Shown piece after piece: positions 37,868-50,888 of a stretch of DNA of 64,000 bases. Position 1 is the first letter of the stretch. Every line of letters begins with the position of its first letter. This DNA comes from Lytechinus pictus (Eukaryota). The stretch spans positions 19,594,001 to 19,658,000 of the forward strand of contig NC_087252.1 in assembly GCF_037042905.1 (NCBI RefSeq), in the 5' to 3' direction. The notes under the pieces are model-generated. The model saw only the letters and a program-made list of their open reading frames with translations, was not told the DNA's origin and searched no databases. The position numbers and the translations under genes were made by a program.

Positions 37868-38330
37868 TATATATATTCATATATATTGCTAGTCGACGTA
37901 GTCTATAATCGTTACTGAGGGAAAAACGAAATGGCTAGCATCGTAATGTTGATACTATACTCGCTGGGCAAATCTTCACGGAGAGGGGAATAGCTACAGT
38001 TTACACGTACGTGTCTAGAGCTGATGATTGTTTTAAATCTATACATTATAGTCCACCAAGAAGAAAAAAGAAGAAGAATCATAATTATAATGATTGAAAT
38101 AAAGATGATTATTAGATAAGAAAGTATACACATAGAAATAAATATGTAGAAAGAGAAATAAATAAGGAAAATAAACGAAAAAAATCAATCATAATCCCTC
38201 ATTGACGCTAATTGGCTTATCGTATATAGACGTTATTTTAAGATCGAGTATTAGTTTAAGTGTTCGTTGTTGTTATTTTTTCATTTTGTAAGGTAGACCT
38301 TTATACATTTGATTAAATCATTGTTTGCAG

Positions 38331-38516
38331 GGCTTCCTGCCTGCGGAGACCCAGGTCAACCTTTACATGGGAATCGTTTACCAGACGATAGAACAACTTA
38401 CCTGGACGGAGCGACTCTTCATTTCAGCTGTAACGAAGGCTTTATATTATCAGGGGAAGAGATCCTAACGTGCATGACGAATGGCTCATGGAATCACTCA
38501 AGACCATTTTGTGAAG
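38331..38516 (+). CDS. Gene B exon: Sushi/CCP domain 3 (CGDPGQPLHG...FSCNEGFILSG...CMTNGSWNHSRPFCE)
   Basis: Textbook CCP; 186 nt phase 1-1. Confidence 0.92.
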
Positions 38517-38735
38517 GTATATTAAAAAAATTCAATTCACGCAAATAAAAAAGAGTCTTAAAGGATTGCAGTACATATTTACTCAGGAAGGAAAGGATCC
38601 ATTATTGAAAATATCTTTCCGTAAGTGCATGGTGATGATTATGTTTTATCATTTCATTTGCAAAGAATACCGTATTGTGGATGGCGTAACTTTGAATCAC
38701 CAACAACGGGACTTTTTACAGAGGAACGCTGTGGG

Positions 38736-39152
38736 GGTAAATTGCCACTTCGTCCACTGCCAACTCGTCCACTCACCACATGGTCTACCGCCATTTAGTC
38801 TAATGCCATTCCGTCCATCAACGTTTCGTCTAACAACCATTTGGTTCAATAACCATTTGGTCCAATCATTACTTCGTCTAATGACCAGTTCGTCTATTAC
38901 CATTTCTTCTAATAACCAGTTGGTATAATGCCCATTTTCTTTTCATTCATTTGGCACAATAAACACTTTAGTTTAATTAGGCCAAATGGTATGAGGACTA
39001 AATGGCTACAGGACCAACTGGTCATTAGACGGAATTGCATTAGACTGAATGAAGGTAGACCATGTGGTGATTTGACGAACTGATGGTAGACAAAATGAAA
39101 GTTGACGAGTTGGCAATTGGACGAATTGGCATTAGACGAATTGGAAATAAAC
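38736..39152. mobile_element. MITE with inverted TCGTC/GACGA subterminal arrays
   Basis: Inverted arrays; near-TSD cgctgtggg / cggtgtggg. Confidence 0.65.
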
Positions 39153-39739
39153 CGGTGTGGGATATTGCTATGCAAATATGGTATTAAACTATACTGTCAG
39201 GCATGTAACCAGGATTTTCTATGAGGGGGTTCCGAATTATAAAGAGTGTACCTTTCTAGCTCATGATCATTTCCGTTACTCCCTGGGGCGGATCCAGTTT
39301 TTTCTAACACGGGGGGGGTGCAGAAAGAAATCAAACACTTTCCCCGATCGACCGCTTAAATAAACAGGGTAAGCTCATTTTTTAATATTTGATGTATTCA
39401 GACCTGAGAAGTAAACTGTCAGACCAGGAACGAAGAAAGTATTATCAATGCCCAGAATCCCTTGAATAATAGGAAAGTACATACTCAATTCATGCAAGTA
39501 AATCATGGCTTGAAAAAGTTAATGATTTTCTTAGAGTAGTAACTGTTCTTAGAATAAATTTAATAAGAATAAATAAGTTGTGAAGGGCTCCATGATGCGA
39601 AGATAGAGTATTCGAAAATGAAAAAAAAATGTTGGCCGACATCACCTGGCAGTCTTAATGTGATTTAGAAAAAATTAGCCAGCCCTCTGACGGTGCACGT
39701 CTCTGATGACTTTCTAAATTTACATTTTTTTTTAAAAAG

Positions 39740-39919
39740 CTGTTAAATGTGAAGGAATGCCGCTAAATGTTACTCGAGCATCAAAAAGCATGGTACAATC
39801 AGCATATTATCGAGACACAACCGTATATACATGTGATGACGGTTATATTCCTGACAACGTGCCAATCAGCTTCTGTCAACATACAGGCAATTGGAGTATT
39901 CCTAACTTTACATGTTCAG
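39740..39919 (+). CDS. Gene B exon: Sushi/CCP domain 4 (VKCEGMP...YTCDDGY...CQHTGNWSIPNFTCS)
   Basis: CCP pattern; 180 nt phase 1-1; G|GTaagt. Confidence 0.88.
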
Positions 39920-40534
39920 GTAAGTCCGTTATATTATGTTGGAAGCATTTCATGAAAGAAATAGATTTGGTTCCAAAAGAAACTGATCAAACGATTACAA
40001 TGGCACTGCACATTTTCCTCTCAGTCAAAATTAACAATATCTTCACACAGGCTAGTTACATTAATCTTTACTAAGCACATTTCAATGATTAATCACAGAG
40101 GGGCTGTAGCCCCTCTCCTCAATTGTTGTCTGAATGCAAAGTCACAAAAATGGCAAAAGATAGACCCATGAAATGAGATGTGACTAAACAAACTTCCCAC
40201 CCCATTTTATTTCAGGACGTTCACTTCAAAATTTAGAATTACACAGAATGTTCTGAATCAAATGTCACAAAGTGCTAGACTAAGTAGACATAATCTAAAA
40301 GTATTCTTACAACAATGCAGCTACGGAGAAGTTGAAGGAGGCGAAATAATACTCTCTTCTCACTCATTCAGCACTTTTTCGCCTCTCGATTTGCCCTAAA
40401 TGTTCTCTTTCTCGTCCATTTCCATTATTTTGTCTTCATTTTACTAATCGACTAGTTCATTTCATTACTACTTACATAGTGAACCATTAGCCTCCGTACA
40501 AGTTGGCTAATTATTTGTTTTATTTCCATACCAG

Positions 40535-40648
40535 CTCTTAGTCCGTGTTACAGTAACCCATGTTTGAATGGAGGAACATGTAGTGTGAACGGATCGTCAC
40601 TCATCTGTACGTGCCCCGAAGGATACATTGGAACAACATGTGATGAAG
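40535..40648 (+). CDS. Gene B exon: EGF domain 1 (PCYSNPCLNGGTC...CTCPEGYIGTTCDE)
   Basis: Six-Cys EGF; 114 nt phase 1-1. Confidence 0.92.
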
Positions 40649-40997
40649 GTAAGATCTTTTAAACATGGACATATATAAAACATGATAAAATGGTGAAATT
40701 TATCCTTATCAAATGATTGATCTATAACATTACCAGTCATTTATCTTATCTGTAAGGAAAAATTGACTAATAACTGATAGCAATGTCTAGCTCTATTCAC
40801 GGTCATGTTTAATGTGTTTCTTTCTTTTTGTAGGTAAGTATAGGGCTTATATAAATAACATATTTTGAATTTGTTCATTTGTTACCGGTTTCTATTCTTT
40901 GATTGTTACTATATCGAAGACCATAATGATATCATTAATGTTGCAAAGTATTTAACAAGTCATGCATGTCACAGTCTACATCATTTTGTCATGACAG

Positions 40998-41111
40998 AGT
41001 TCGACCCATGTGATAGCAATCCATGTATAAATGGTGGATCGTGTTTTGAAAGTGGATCATCGTTCAGTTGTACATGTTCATCCGACTACACTGGTCCAAC
41101 GTGCGATGAAG
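40998..41111 (+). CDS. Gene B exon: EGF domain 2 (PCDSNPCINGGSC...CTCSSDYTGPTCDE)
   Basis: Six-Cys EGF; 114 nt phase 1-1. Confidence 0.92.
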
Positions 41112-41125
41112 GTAAGTCACTAAAT

Positions 41126-41702
<577 letters not shown>

Positions 41703-42476
41703 GGTCGATTAGTAAACTGAATGATTTATTGATAAATTGATAGGCTGATTTGTTGTGTGATTTGAGTTTTGATCTAGTTATTCTGCTTAAGTTCTAGTTT
41801 TAGTATCACCCCCCCTGAACCCCCCTAAAAATCAATGAATTAAGAAACTTGTCCCTTTATTAATAAAACATTACCCATCTGGGCCCCGTTGCATAAAAAT
41901 TACTATTATGGTAACTTTCATGGAACTCTTGACTTTGATTGGCTGATGAGCATTGTTACCATGGTAGTTGCTATTGGAGGGCAAAGTTACCATAATAAAA
42001 GCTTTTATGCCACGGAGAAATGAATTCGAACCACTGATCCCAAAACATGAAACAAATATCAGATTATCATTTCATCATAGTTTTAGTTTGTGTCACATAT
42101 AGTTTACTAACTCTCTCAAAGGTAGATTTTATTTAGATTTTAAATTTCAGTTCATACCGGTTAAGAACGGGTTAACATATGAAATATATGGTTCCATTGT
42201 ATACCCTTTTACGAATGTATGGTCACAATATGTACTCTATGATCACGAACATTTATTTCCCAAATCTCATTCGTTTGCGATATTTGTCCTTTGAATTTAT
42301 TTTCAAAATAAATTTAGCTCTTGGATGTGTGGACATATAAAACTAAATTTGCACAAAACTTTTTGTTCTTATTCTAAGTTTCAAAATCGTTTTTTATAAC
42401 TAAATAGCTCAACACTGTTTTCATAAGCATATAACACCAGGAATGTTGCATATATTTGTTTCTAATATTGCTCTAG

Positions 42477-42557
42477 AAATACCAATGACAACAACTGTCC
42501 ATTCATCGACTTCATCTTCTATCTCAAAGTTTACTAAAACCACTGGATCACTCACAG
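42477..42557 (+). CDS. Gene B exon: Ser/Thr stalk 1 (EIPMTTTVHSSTSSSISKFTKTTGSLT)
   Basis: ctctAG and CAG|GT; 81 nt phase 1-1; S/T-rich. Confidence 0.7.
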
Positions 42558-43203
42558 GTTTGCATATAGTTGAAATATAGATTACCCTTCCCATTAGAAC
42601 ACAATTAGAAGATCATCCATTGGCTTAATGAACAACCTATTTCGTCTTCCTGTCGTCATTTTAATATACCAGTACGCTAAGATCTAATATTCATTGAAGA
42701 CGAACAATAGATTCAAATTTCAAATGATATAAAGAGAATAAAGTCAATCATTCTTTTTGTGTGTGTTTCATTCTTATGGGGAAAAAAGCTTTCATTCTGT
42801 AGGTTTTATGTTAAAAAACACAATTTCCTAGTAGAATCCTTGCTTGCGTCATCTTCTTTATTGATTTAGATATTTTTCCCTCTTAAAAAAATGAAATAGT
42901 AAATCAACATTTGAAAGATTGGAGTGACAACCTTTAATGAATATTGAATTTACTAATCTATATGGCTCGACCCAAACATCTAAATTGTTGGACCCAATAA
43001 ACACACAATTGTACCCACTTAATTAAAACGACTTTTCTTTAGTCTGTAATCTTCAAGCTTTCGTATGATGCCAGTATTGGCCCTATTTGTGAATAATAGA
43101 AAACAAATATAAGCAAACTTTTAGCATGATGCTGTGTGCTTTTATGCTTTAAGTTTTCTTCTAGTAAAAAATCATGCATGCATTATCTTCTGAATTGTTT
43201 TAG

Positions 43204-43308
43204 AGCTTCTTGCATCAACGACTTATTCATCAAGTTCGCTTTTAACATCATCAGCTTTCACCACTTGGCATTCCACAAAACAAGCACAAACAACTGAAGC
43301 AATAACAG
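43204..43308 (+). CDS. Gene B exon: Ser/Thr stalk 2 (ELLASTTYSSSSLLTSSAFTTWHSTKQAQTTEAIT)
   Basis: ttttAG and CAG|GT; 105 nt phase 1-1. Confidence 0.7.
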
Positions 43309-43676
43309 GTTTGAGTGTAATAGACTATATTCTCTGAAGTTATGTCGGAACTATGTTCGGACTACAGGAATTTCTGTTACACCCTTTCCAAGAATTATAG
43401 GCTTCGTATATTGATAAGCCTACCTCACTAGCCACGTCAGAGTTATGACAAAGATCTTTACTTAGTTTCAGATAGTTTTTCGAGATTTAAGGTTATGCAA
43501 ATCGGTAATTTGAAATTTCATATCACCAAAATCATTTTCAACGTTTTCTGGTTTCACTAATTAGGAATATTATTACAAAGGATCTCATTAAAACGAGAAA
43601 AATAATTGAAAATGCATTTATGTCAAAGACTGAAAGAACCTTTGCGGTCATTATTCTGAAAGTGAATGTTTGTCAG

Positions 43677-43712
43677 GAGCTGGCGAATCTCATTCAAGCA
43701 AAGAAGGAACCC
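43677..43712 (+). CDS. Possible 36-nt juxtamembrane micro-exon of gene B (GAGESHSSKEGT)
   Basis: tgtcAG and GTaaat, symmetric phase 1. Too short to be sure. Confidence 0.3.
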
Positions 43713-43729
43713 GTAAATGTCCGACATAC

Positions 43730-44024
43730 ACTGTTTAAAACCCTGATTTTACAGGAAAAATTATTTTGCAGAAAGCAATAACAGAATCATTCTGTAAATT
43801 CATATAACAGGAATTTTCTGCAATTTAACAGAACAGATCTGTTTAAAAAGGGGAAAAGGGTGTTTCATTTAAGGAAATCTGTAAGGTTCCATACACCAAA
43901 TACCAATTTCATATAATTTTACATGATATAATGTAAGATTACGCAATCTGGTAAGATTACAGGTGGTTCTCGAGACTCTTCTGCAGGAACTTCTTTTATG
44001 TTAAGGATACATTTTCTAACAGTG
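43730..44024. mobile_element. CACTG...CAGTG MITE with TA flanks
   Basis: Reverse complement of ~33086-33367. Confidence 0.8.
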
Positions 44025-44076
44025 TATGGGCTAATATGATAATTGTATATCTACATGTATATTATTGTTAGTATTG

Positions 44077-44217
44077 CGACAATAAAAGAGGAATCGGAAG
44101 CAACTTTGTAGTTGTGATCAATACTTTATTTAACCGTAATCAAGTCAAGAGTCGGACGAACGTGTAGCCGCATAACTGACGCAGATGGCGCTATACCAAG
44201 ATACAAATCAACTGGCG
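44077..44217 (-). repeat. 3' LTR (141 bp, CG...CG termini)
   Basis: Identical by eye to 50748-50888. Preceded on the minus strand by the purine tract AAGGAAAAAG (44225-44234). Confidence 0.92.
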
Positions 44218-44788
44218 TAATCACTTTTTCCTTATGTAAATGAAAAGAATTTTGCAAAGATCCAAAGCGAAAAGCTTTGTAAAAGTATTGTCATATTATA
44301 AAGGTGTAAACTCGCAAACAACTGCAAAGCAAATGCGCAAACATTAACGCGAAGACATACCCACTAATGGGACTTCAAACAAAACCCAAAATAATAACCA
44401 AAAAAATTAAATGCGCAGCATAATTTATCACAAGCGCAAAAATGCGCAGCAATTGGTAAAAGGCGAACTAGCTGGAGTAAGAAGAGGTATTCGTTTGGTA
44501 AGGTGTGAATCCTGAAAGCAATAAACTATCAAATTAAAATCAAAACATTTAAATCGAGCTGGCTTGTTGTTTTTGTCTGTTCGTTCGCCGAAAAAAAAAA
44601 AAACTAGACGCATTAAGGAACCCATTAGCACACATAGATACACTCATAAAGGTAAAGCGTACGAAAATGCATAAAAAAAACAAAAGATATACATGAAAAA
44701 ACAGTGTCCATCAGCGAGAGTCCATCAGTAAAGGGCAAGCTGGACAAGGCACAGGCAATTGGGGGGGGGGCATAAATGCAGGCCAAAG

Positions 44789-47700
44789 TCAATCACAAAT
44801 GTAGTCGCTAAAATACGAAGGGGGGACACGACGGCGTAAGGGATACCGCCGGCCATTATTGGGGGCAGTGACGTCAAAAGGCCCTGGGGGATCTGACTGA
44901 CCAGAAAGTGAAAGGGAAGGACTAACATCAGGGTGAGAAAGTTCGTGAGGAATATCAGGGGGGTCAGGAGGGGGGCAAGGGACACCCGGCACATCAGTAA
45001 CGTCAGAGGCATTAGGCAAGCATTGTGAGTCATCCGCTGGAGTGGGACTGGCTAACTCCTCATCACGGTGGTCGTCGTCGTCATCAGAAACCCTCGGTCG
45101 AAAAGGATGAGAGGTAGGAATCCCTGGGGGGACCTTCAAGCAATCCGAGCGCCGGACACGGTATGACGTAGAACGTAGTTGGCTCCCAACAAACTTGCGA
45201 ATGTTGCACCAATCGTTGTCGACACTGCAGACAAGGTTAGCGAGGTCTGGCCTGGGTCTTAGTCCGGTCCGAGCGCAGGTAGACAAGGTCACCAACGTGA
45301 ACAAGAGACTCTCCCATCGAAGATAGGCGTTTGGGTGCCTTCGATTCCATACTGGGGCCATGGTTGGAGAGCCGTTTCTCATGTTGATTGGTAATAACGT
45401 CCATGTCACGCAACGGAATCTGTTCACTTGTGAATTGGTCACGCTGGGTCCAAAGCTCACGAGCAGAAAGGAACGCCACGGATACGGCTGTTAAGACGTG
45501 CGGTAGCCAGAGCAAGCGCAAGTGGAGTAACAGGACCACCACGGGGATCATCACGAAGCAGCTCATCTTCCAGCTCACGGACAGCCTTCTCAGCGACAGG
45601 ATTCTTGTTGATGTTCTTGGCACGGCCAATCTCCAAAGTGATGCCTTGACTGCGTAAAGACTCATCGTGTTGGAGAGCAGAAAATCCTGGCGCAGGGTCA
45701 GTGCGGACGACAGATGGAGGGCCATCAAGTGGCCTGAGAGGTGCGCATAGCTGAAGGAGGGCTGTGCGGAGAGTCTCCTTGCGTTCATCTGGAATCAAAG
45801 CGCTTACAGTATAAGAAGTGACACTCTCCCTGAGGATGAAAACGAGTTGGCGGGAACGCTTGATGACATCCGCAGCAAAAGACACCCCAATGACACATGG
45901 AGGGTCACCTGTAGACTGGGGAGTAGCAACACGAGGAACATTCTGGAGGGAAAGACAGCTGTGACAACCGACAGTCACCTGTTGAATTGCTGCATCAAGA
46001 TCCAGGGCATAGAAATACCGTGAGACAACCTGCTTGAGTTGGTGTGATGTGGGGTGACCAAGTTGAAGATGTAGGGCAGTGAGAATCCCCTGTAGCACAT
46101 TGCGAGGAATGACGATACACTCCTGCTGTGGCAAGAATGCATGATCCCGGCGGACGACCAGTAAGCCATCACGGGCGATGGTGGCAACCTGGAGATATCG
46201 CTTCACATCACGGATACCTGTCAACTTCTTCGATGGGCGAGTACCCTGAGTAAGGTGGGCATGGGCACGGCGGAGGGCCGGACAATCAGACTGAATCTTA
46301 CCCCACGCGTGACGAGATGTGAAAGGGAGGCGTATCTTCCCTGAGAGGATGTCAGCAACAGACGTAAGATGGACAACAGAGTCTTCCATCCGTGAAATGA
46401 AAGTACAGATCTGGCATCGAACATCATGGCATGGGGGAGCATTCCTACTCGCGAAGTCAGATGGGACATTAGCGGAGCCCGCCAGGTGACGTAAGGAAAC
46501 CTGGTATCTGCTAATGGTTGCCAAAAAGGTAGAAACCCGTGGACTGGCAGAAAACTCACCACGACACAATTTCTCATAAGCCTGAACACAAGGTTTGCTG
46601 TCAGTAAGAATGCAGACAGGGTGGTGAGACTGGATGATGTACGGGCTGAAATGCTTGGTGGCAGCAGCAATGGACAGTGCTTCTACTTCACAAGGTAACC
46701 ATGTGATTTGACGACCACGGAGCTTCGCGCTGAAGAAACCTGCGACGAAAGGCGTCCGGTCTCTTGTGAAGTACATGGTAGCACCGAGACCATGGTTCTT
46801 CACGGATCCATCAGTGACAATCCATAGCTGATCAGATGGCCGGGGTAAAGTAACCGTACGAGTAGACTTGATGCCGGACTGGGCTTTGTTGAAGGCATCA
46901 TGAAGCTCATCTGTCCAGCAGATGCGGTCTTGAGATTTCATACCTGCAATCGATTCATCCAGGGGGCCCAGATAGGATGCGCAATTCGGGAGAACGCGAG
47001 CAAGCATCTTATAGGCTCCAATGAAAGACCGCATTCCCTTCACGGTTGAAGGGCATGAGCACGTTGACAAAGTTGTTATCCTATGAGGACTTGCTTTGAG
47101 GTTCCCTTCAGACCAAACCCACCCTAAAATAGTGGTGGTTTTTGGACAGACGGTAGTCTTAGATGGAGAAAGGTGAAGACCATTGGAGGCTAGTGCATGT
47201 AACACCCTGGACCAGTTATGCAAAAGGGCCTGCCAGGTGTCAGCACCACAGTACAAGTCGTCTGCAAGTTTGACAACAACACCTTCAAACAATAGATCTC
47301 CCAGCACTCGACACATCAACTCCTCCAATGCCGTCTCTGATCCCGGCATACCCATAGCACAACGGGTGTAAACTCTAATGCCGCGGAAAGGGGTAGCAAC
47401 ACCACAATACTTCATCGAATCCCGAGAGAGAGGTATTTGATAAAAGGCACTTGCAAGGTCAGATGCAATAATGTACTTCCACTGACCTATCTTTCTCAGA
47501 GTGGAATCAACATCAGGCAAAACTGAGGGCTGTGGCTTAGAGTAGCGCCCAACATCAGCAAAGGCTGTGACAAGACGAGAGCCGCCATTTGGCTTCTTCA
47601 CAAGAAACGACGGGTTGACATATTCAACCGTAACACCAATATCCTCAGGGCGTGCAAAGACGCCAAGTTTCTCCAGGTCATCAAACTTTCCCTGCAATTC

Positions 47701-50581
47701 AACAAGCTTCTCCTGGGAATACAAGGGAAGGCGACCCTTGCGTTGTGGGGGCTGCACAGGACCCATGTTCACAACGGCCTTGAATGGACCAGATGCACCA
47801 TTGTAACCCTTGAATGAAGGGCTAAACACACAATCATGTTCTGCATGAAGAGACTGAAAATCTCCCCTTGCCTTTGGGGGGAGGATACTATCAGGATCCA
47901 CAATAACAGACTGAGAAGGCTGTGATAAGGTCGGCCCTCCCTGCACCACAGAGGGAAGGGCAGTCTGACTAGGAGGAATTTGCGCAACCTGACTGCCATC
48001 TGAGACAACCACTGGACAAACCTGACAAAGATGTTCATTGCGACGGATAACACAAGGACCGCGAGAGAGATTTGGGATGCGGATCCTACCAGCAACACTC
48101 GAGACAACACCTGGAGCCGGAAAGAATTCTGTGATCATTGGTGTAGGAGGGGAATCCGAGCGAGGCTCCAAGACAAGTGTCTCATCAGCAGAAAACTCAG
48201 GAGGTAGGGAAAACTCAAGAAATTCACCTGGCCAAATGGTGGTAGTTTGAGAAGGGGCACGAAGGACAAATGCGCGACGCACTGCATGACCAGCCTTAGG
48301 CTTATTACAGGAACCGTAACTAATCACAGTACCATCAGCCAAGGAAATCTCCCTCCTTGCTGGCCTGATGGCCACATCATTCCTTTCCATAAATGGAGTA
48401 CCAGCCAAAACGTCAACATCAAGGTTCTCAATGACCAATCCTTCAAAGTGGAACTCATGACTGCCACGACAGACGGTGAAACGAGTTTCACCACAAACCT
48501 GCAGCGGAGAGGACCCATCAGCCTGATGAGCTGACTGGGTGGTGGAGGACACGTTACAACCTAATACTCGGGCCGTAGAAGCACGCATCATGTTCCCAGT
48601 AGCACCGCTGTCGAGGGTGATACGAACAGCATGATGATTATAAAATGCATCGAAATAAGGAGACTGGCGAACTTGGACACGCAGTGTGGAAGAGGTACCT
48701 CCACGGCCAGGGTCTGGTGACAAACAAGCCTCGTCACATGACTCCTGGGGGTCAACATCAAAGTTAAAATCATCAAAAATCTTGGCAACCTGCCTGGCCT
48801 TTGCCATGTACTGCCGATCGGAGTCTGGAAGGTAAGGACAGACACTCAAAAAATGGTCACTAGGACGGCCAGCCTGAACGCACAGTGGACACGATTTGGA
48901 AGACCTAGGACGGAACTTCGCTGGGGTTCGAGACTGAGTACGCCGGGGAGCAGTCTGACTACGACCACGAGGCGGAAAAGCCGCTGTACGCATTGCCCTG
49001 GAACATTCAACTGACTCCAAAAGACTAGTAAGGGCCTGAGAAATTTCAGGTTTGAGGGATGCAAGTGTGCGTGAACGGAGTTCTGTGCCGTACCTCTGCT
49101 TCACCACCTGGGGAAGGTCAGGGTGCAAAAGGCGAAGCCACTGCAGAACAATGAAATTCTCAATTGTAGGCGAAAGTTCTTCATCATCCAGGATGGGATC
49201 ACCGTGATGGGTAATACCACCACCAGCCGTCAACAAATTGTCCTCGACAAAGGCAAGTAATCTCTGATATAAATCTTCTGGTCGCTCATCAGATTCCAGC
49301 TTTATCTCGCAAAAATCCAAAAAATGGGCACCTGTTGCCTGGAAGCCATAGTGAAGTCTAATAGTGGCCCAAATGTCATTCAAAGAAGTGGAATTGCAAA
49401 CAATAGAATTTCTAGCGATGACGGGACAAAAATTAGCAATCTGACCGAGCATAGCCCGGAGGCGTCTGGAGAGTAAAAATCATGGTACTATACGTACCCT
49501 CACTCTCCAAACGCCTGGAGCGGCTTAGTATGCCTCGCTATAGAGGCTAGGATTACCCAAAAAATTTAGGTCTAGTTTCACCAATTTCTATTTTTTGTTA
49601 ATCGCCCAAACTTTTGTACATGGGCAAGTTTTATGTTTACCCCCATTTTTTATCAAATTTGTATATTTTTATTTCTTTATTATTCTTAAAATGGAAGAAA
49701 ATTAAGAGCAAGAGTATTCACTTACCCCGTCTGTTTACGTCGCCATTTTGCAGTCTTTTGTTATCGATACCTAGATACCAAACGCGTGCAGAGCTGCAAC
49801 TTAAATTTTAAAATTACTTGCATTTGCCGATTAATATCACGATTCATAAAATATTTGTTTCGGTTAATAAATATCACATAAATCAATTTATGATATTTAT
49901 TAACCGAAACAAATATTTTATGAATCTTGATATTAATCGGCAAATGCAAGTAATTTTAAAATTTAAGTTGCAGCTCTGCACGCGTTTGGTATCTAGGTAT
50001 CGATAACAAAAGACTGCAAAATGGCGACGTAAACAGACGGGGTAAGTGAATACTCTTGCTCTTAATTTTCTTCCATTTTAAGAATAATAAAGAAATAAAA
50101 ATATACAAATTTGATAAAAAATGGGGGTAAACATAAAACTTGCCCATGTACAAAAGTTTGGGCGATTAACAAAAAATAGAAATTGGTGAAACTAGACCTA
50201 AATTTTTTGGGTAATCCTAGCCTCTATAGCGAGGCATACTAAGCCGCTCCAGGCGTTTGGAGAGTGAGGGTACGTATAGTACCATGATTTTTACTCTCCA
50301 GACGCCTCCGGGCTAACCGAGCATAGATCAAGTAGGTTCGCTTTCTGTTGAGCAGTTTTGCGCAACTCTGAAGGAACAGAGGGATTGTCATCTATGAAAC
50401 CCCTTGTGGGGTTAGCTTTTGTTTTCTTACCCCATGTTACCGACTCAGAAAGGAAGAAAGCGAAGTTAGGATCAAGATTCAAGGTGTACAAAAGATTCTG
50501 TCTCCATCCTTCAAAGGATGTAATTGATTCGACTTTACCCAAGCACCATTGCTTTGGTACTTTAGGCATACTGCACGCCAT
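44789..50581 (-). pseudogene. gag-pol: Disrupted gag-pol polyprotein
   Basis: Motifs: Gag CPLC-x8-H-x4-C knuckle, protease LDSGA, RT ([18 protein letters not shown]), RNase H (TDGS, EVEAL, TDSKP), integrase HHCC and D-D35-E. Lesions: insertion 49452-50315 and frameshifts near 50325, 45475 and 45238. Confidence 0.92.
49452..50315. mobile_element. 864-bp palindromic non-autonomous DNA transposon (hAT-like) inserted in gag
   Basis: Ends TAGCCCGGAGGCG...CGCCTCCGGGCTA. 8-bp TSD ACCGAGCA at 49444-49451 and 50316-50323. The two halves are reverse complements about a centre at ~49884. Confidence 0.92.
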
Positions 50582-50726
50582 TGTAAGGCTGTGGGACCGA
50601 CTCTAATTTCGGCTAGATCTAACCAACTACTCGTTCACGGTAAACTTACTTTTACGGTGCAACCGGCTGTTTTCCTTCTCAGCAAAGTCCTTCAAATATG
50701 GAATAAGAAAAAATTCAGGCGTGAGT

Positions 50727-50747
50727 GAATCCCATAAGCAGCCACCA
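50727..50747 (-). promoter_or_regulatory. Primer-binding site TGGTGGCTGCTTATGGGATTC, resembling the complement of a tRNA-Leu 3' end
   Basis: Starts with TGG flush with the 5' LTR. Similar to TGGTGGCAGCGGTGGGATTC (tRNA-Leu complement, from recall). Confidence 0.7.
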
Positions 50748-50888
50748 CGACAATAAAAGAGGAATCGGAAGCAACTTTGTAGTTGTGATCAATACTTTAT
50801 TTAACCGTAATCAAGTCAAGAGTCGGACGAACGTGTAGCCGCATAACTGACGCAGATGGCGCTATACCAAGATACAAATCAACTGGCG
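50748..50888 (-). repeat. 5' LTR (141 bp, CG...CG termini)
   Basis: Identical to 44077-44217; immediately followed by the PBS. Confidence 0.92.

Larger units (their letters stand above)
44077..50888 (-). mobile_element. Full-length Gypsy-type LTR retrotransposon (Troyka-like), antisense in a gene B intron
   Basis: Identical 141-bp LTRs, TTG on both flanks, PBS, PPT and gag-PR-RT-RH-IN order. Confidence 0.93.

Noticed and set aside
44220..44790. env-like or extra ORF in the retroelement 3' region
   Set aside because: Only short ORFs in low-complexity sequence.
49614..50153. Paired 62-65 aa ORFs on opposite strands
   Set aside because: A by-product of the palindrome.
50316..50330. Programmed frameshift in gag
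   Set aside because: No slippery heptamer, and the position inside the Gag N-terminus next to an insertion site fits a lesion better.
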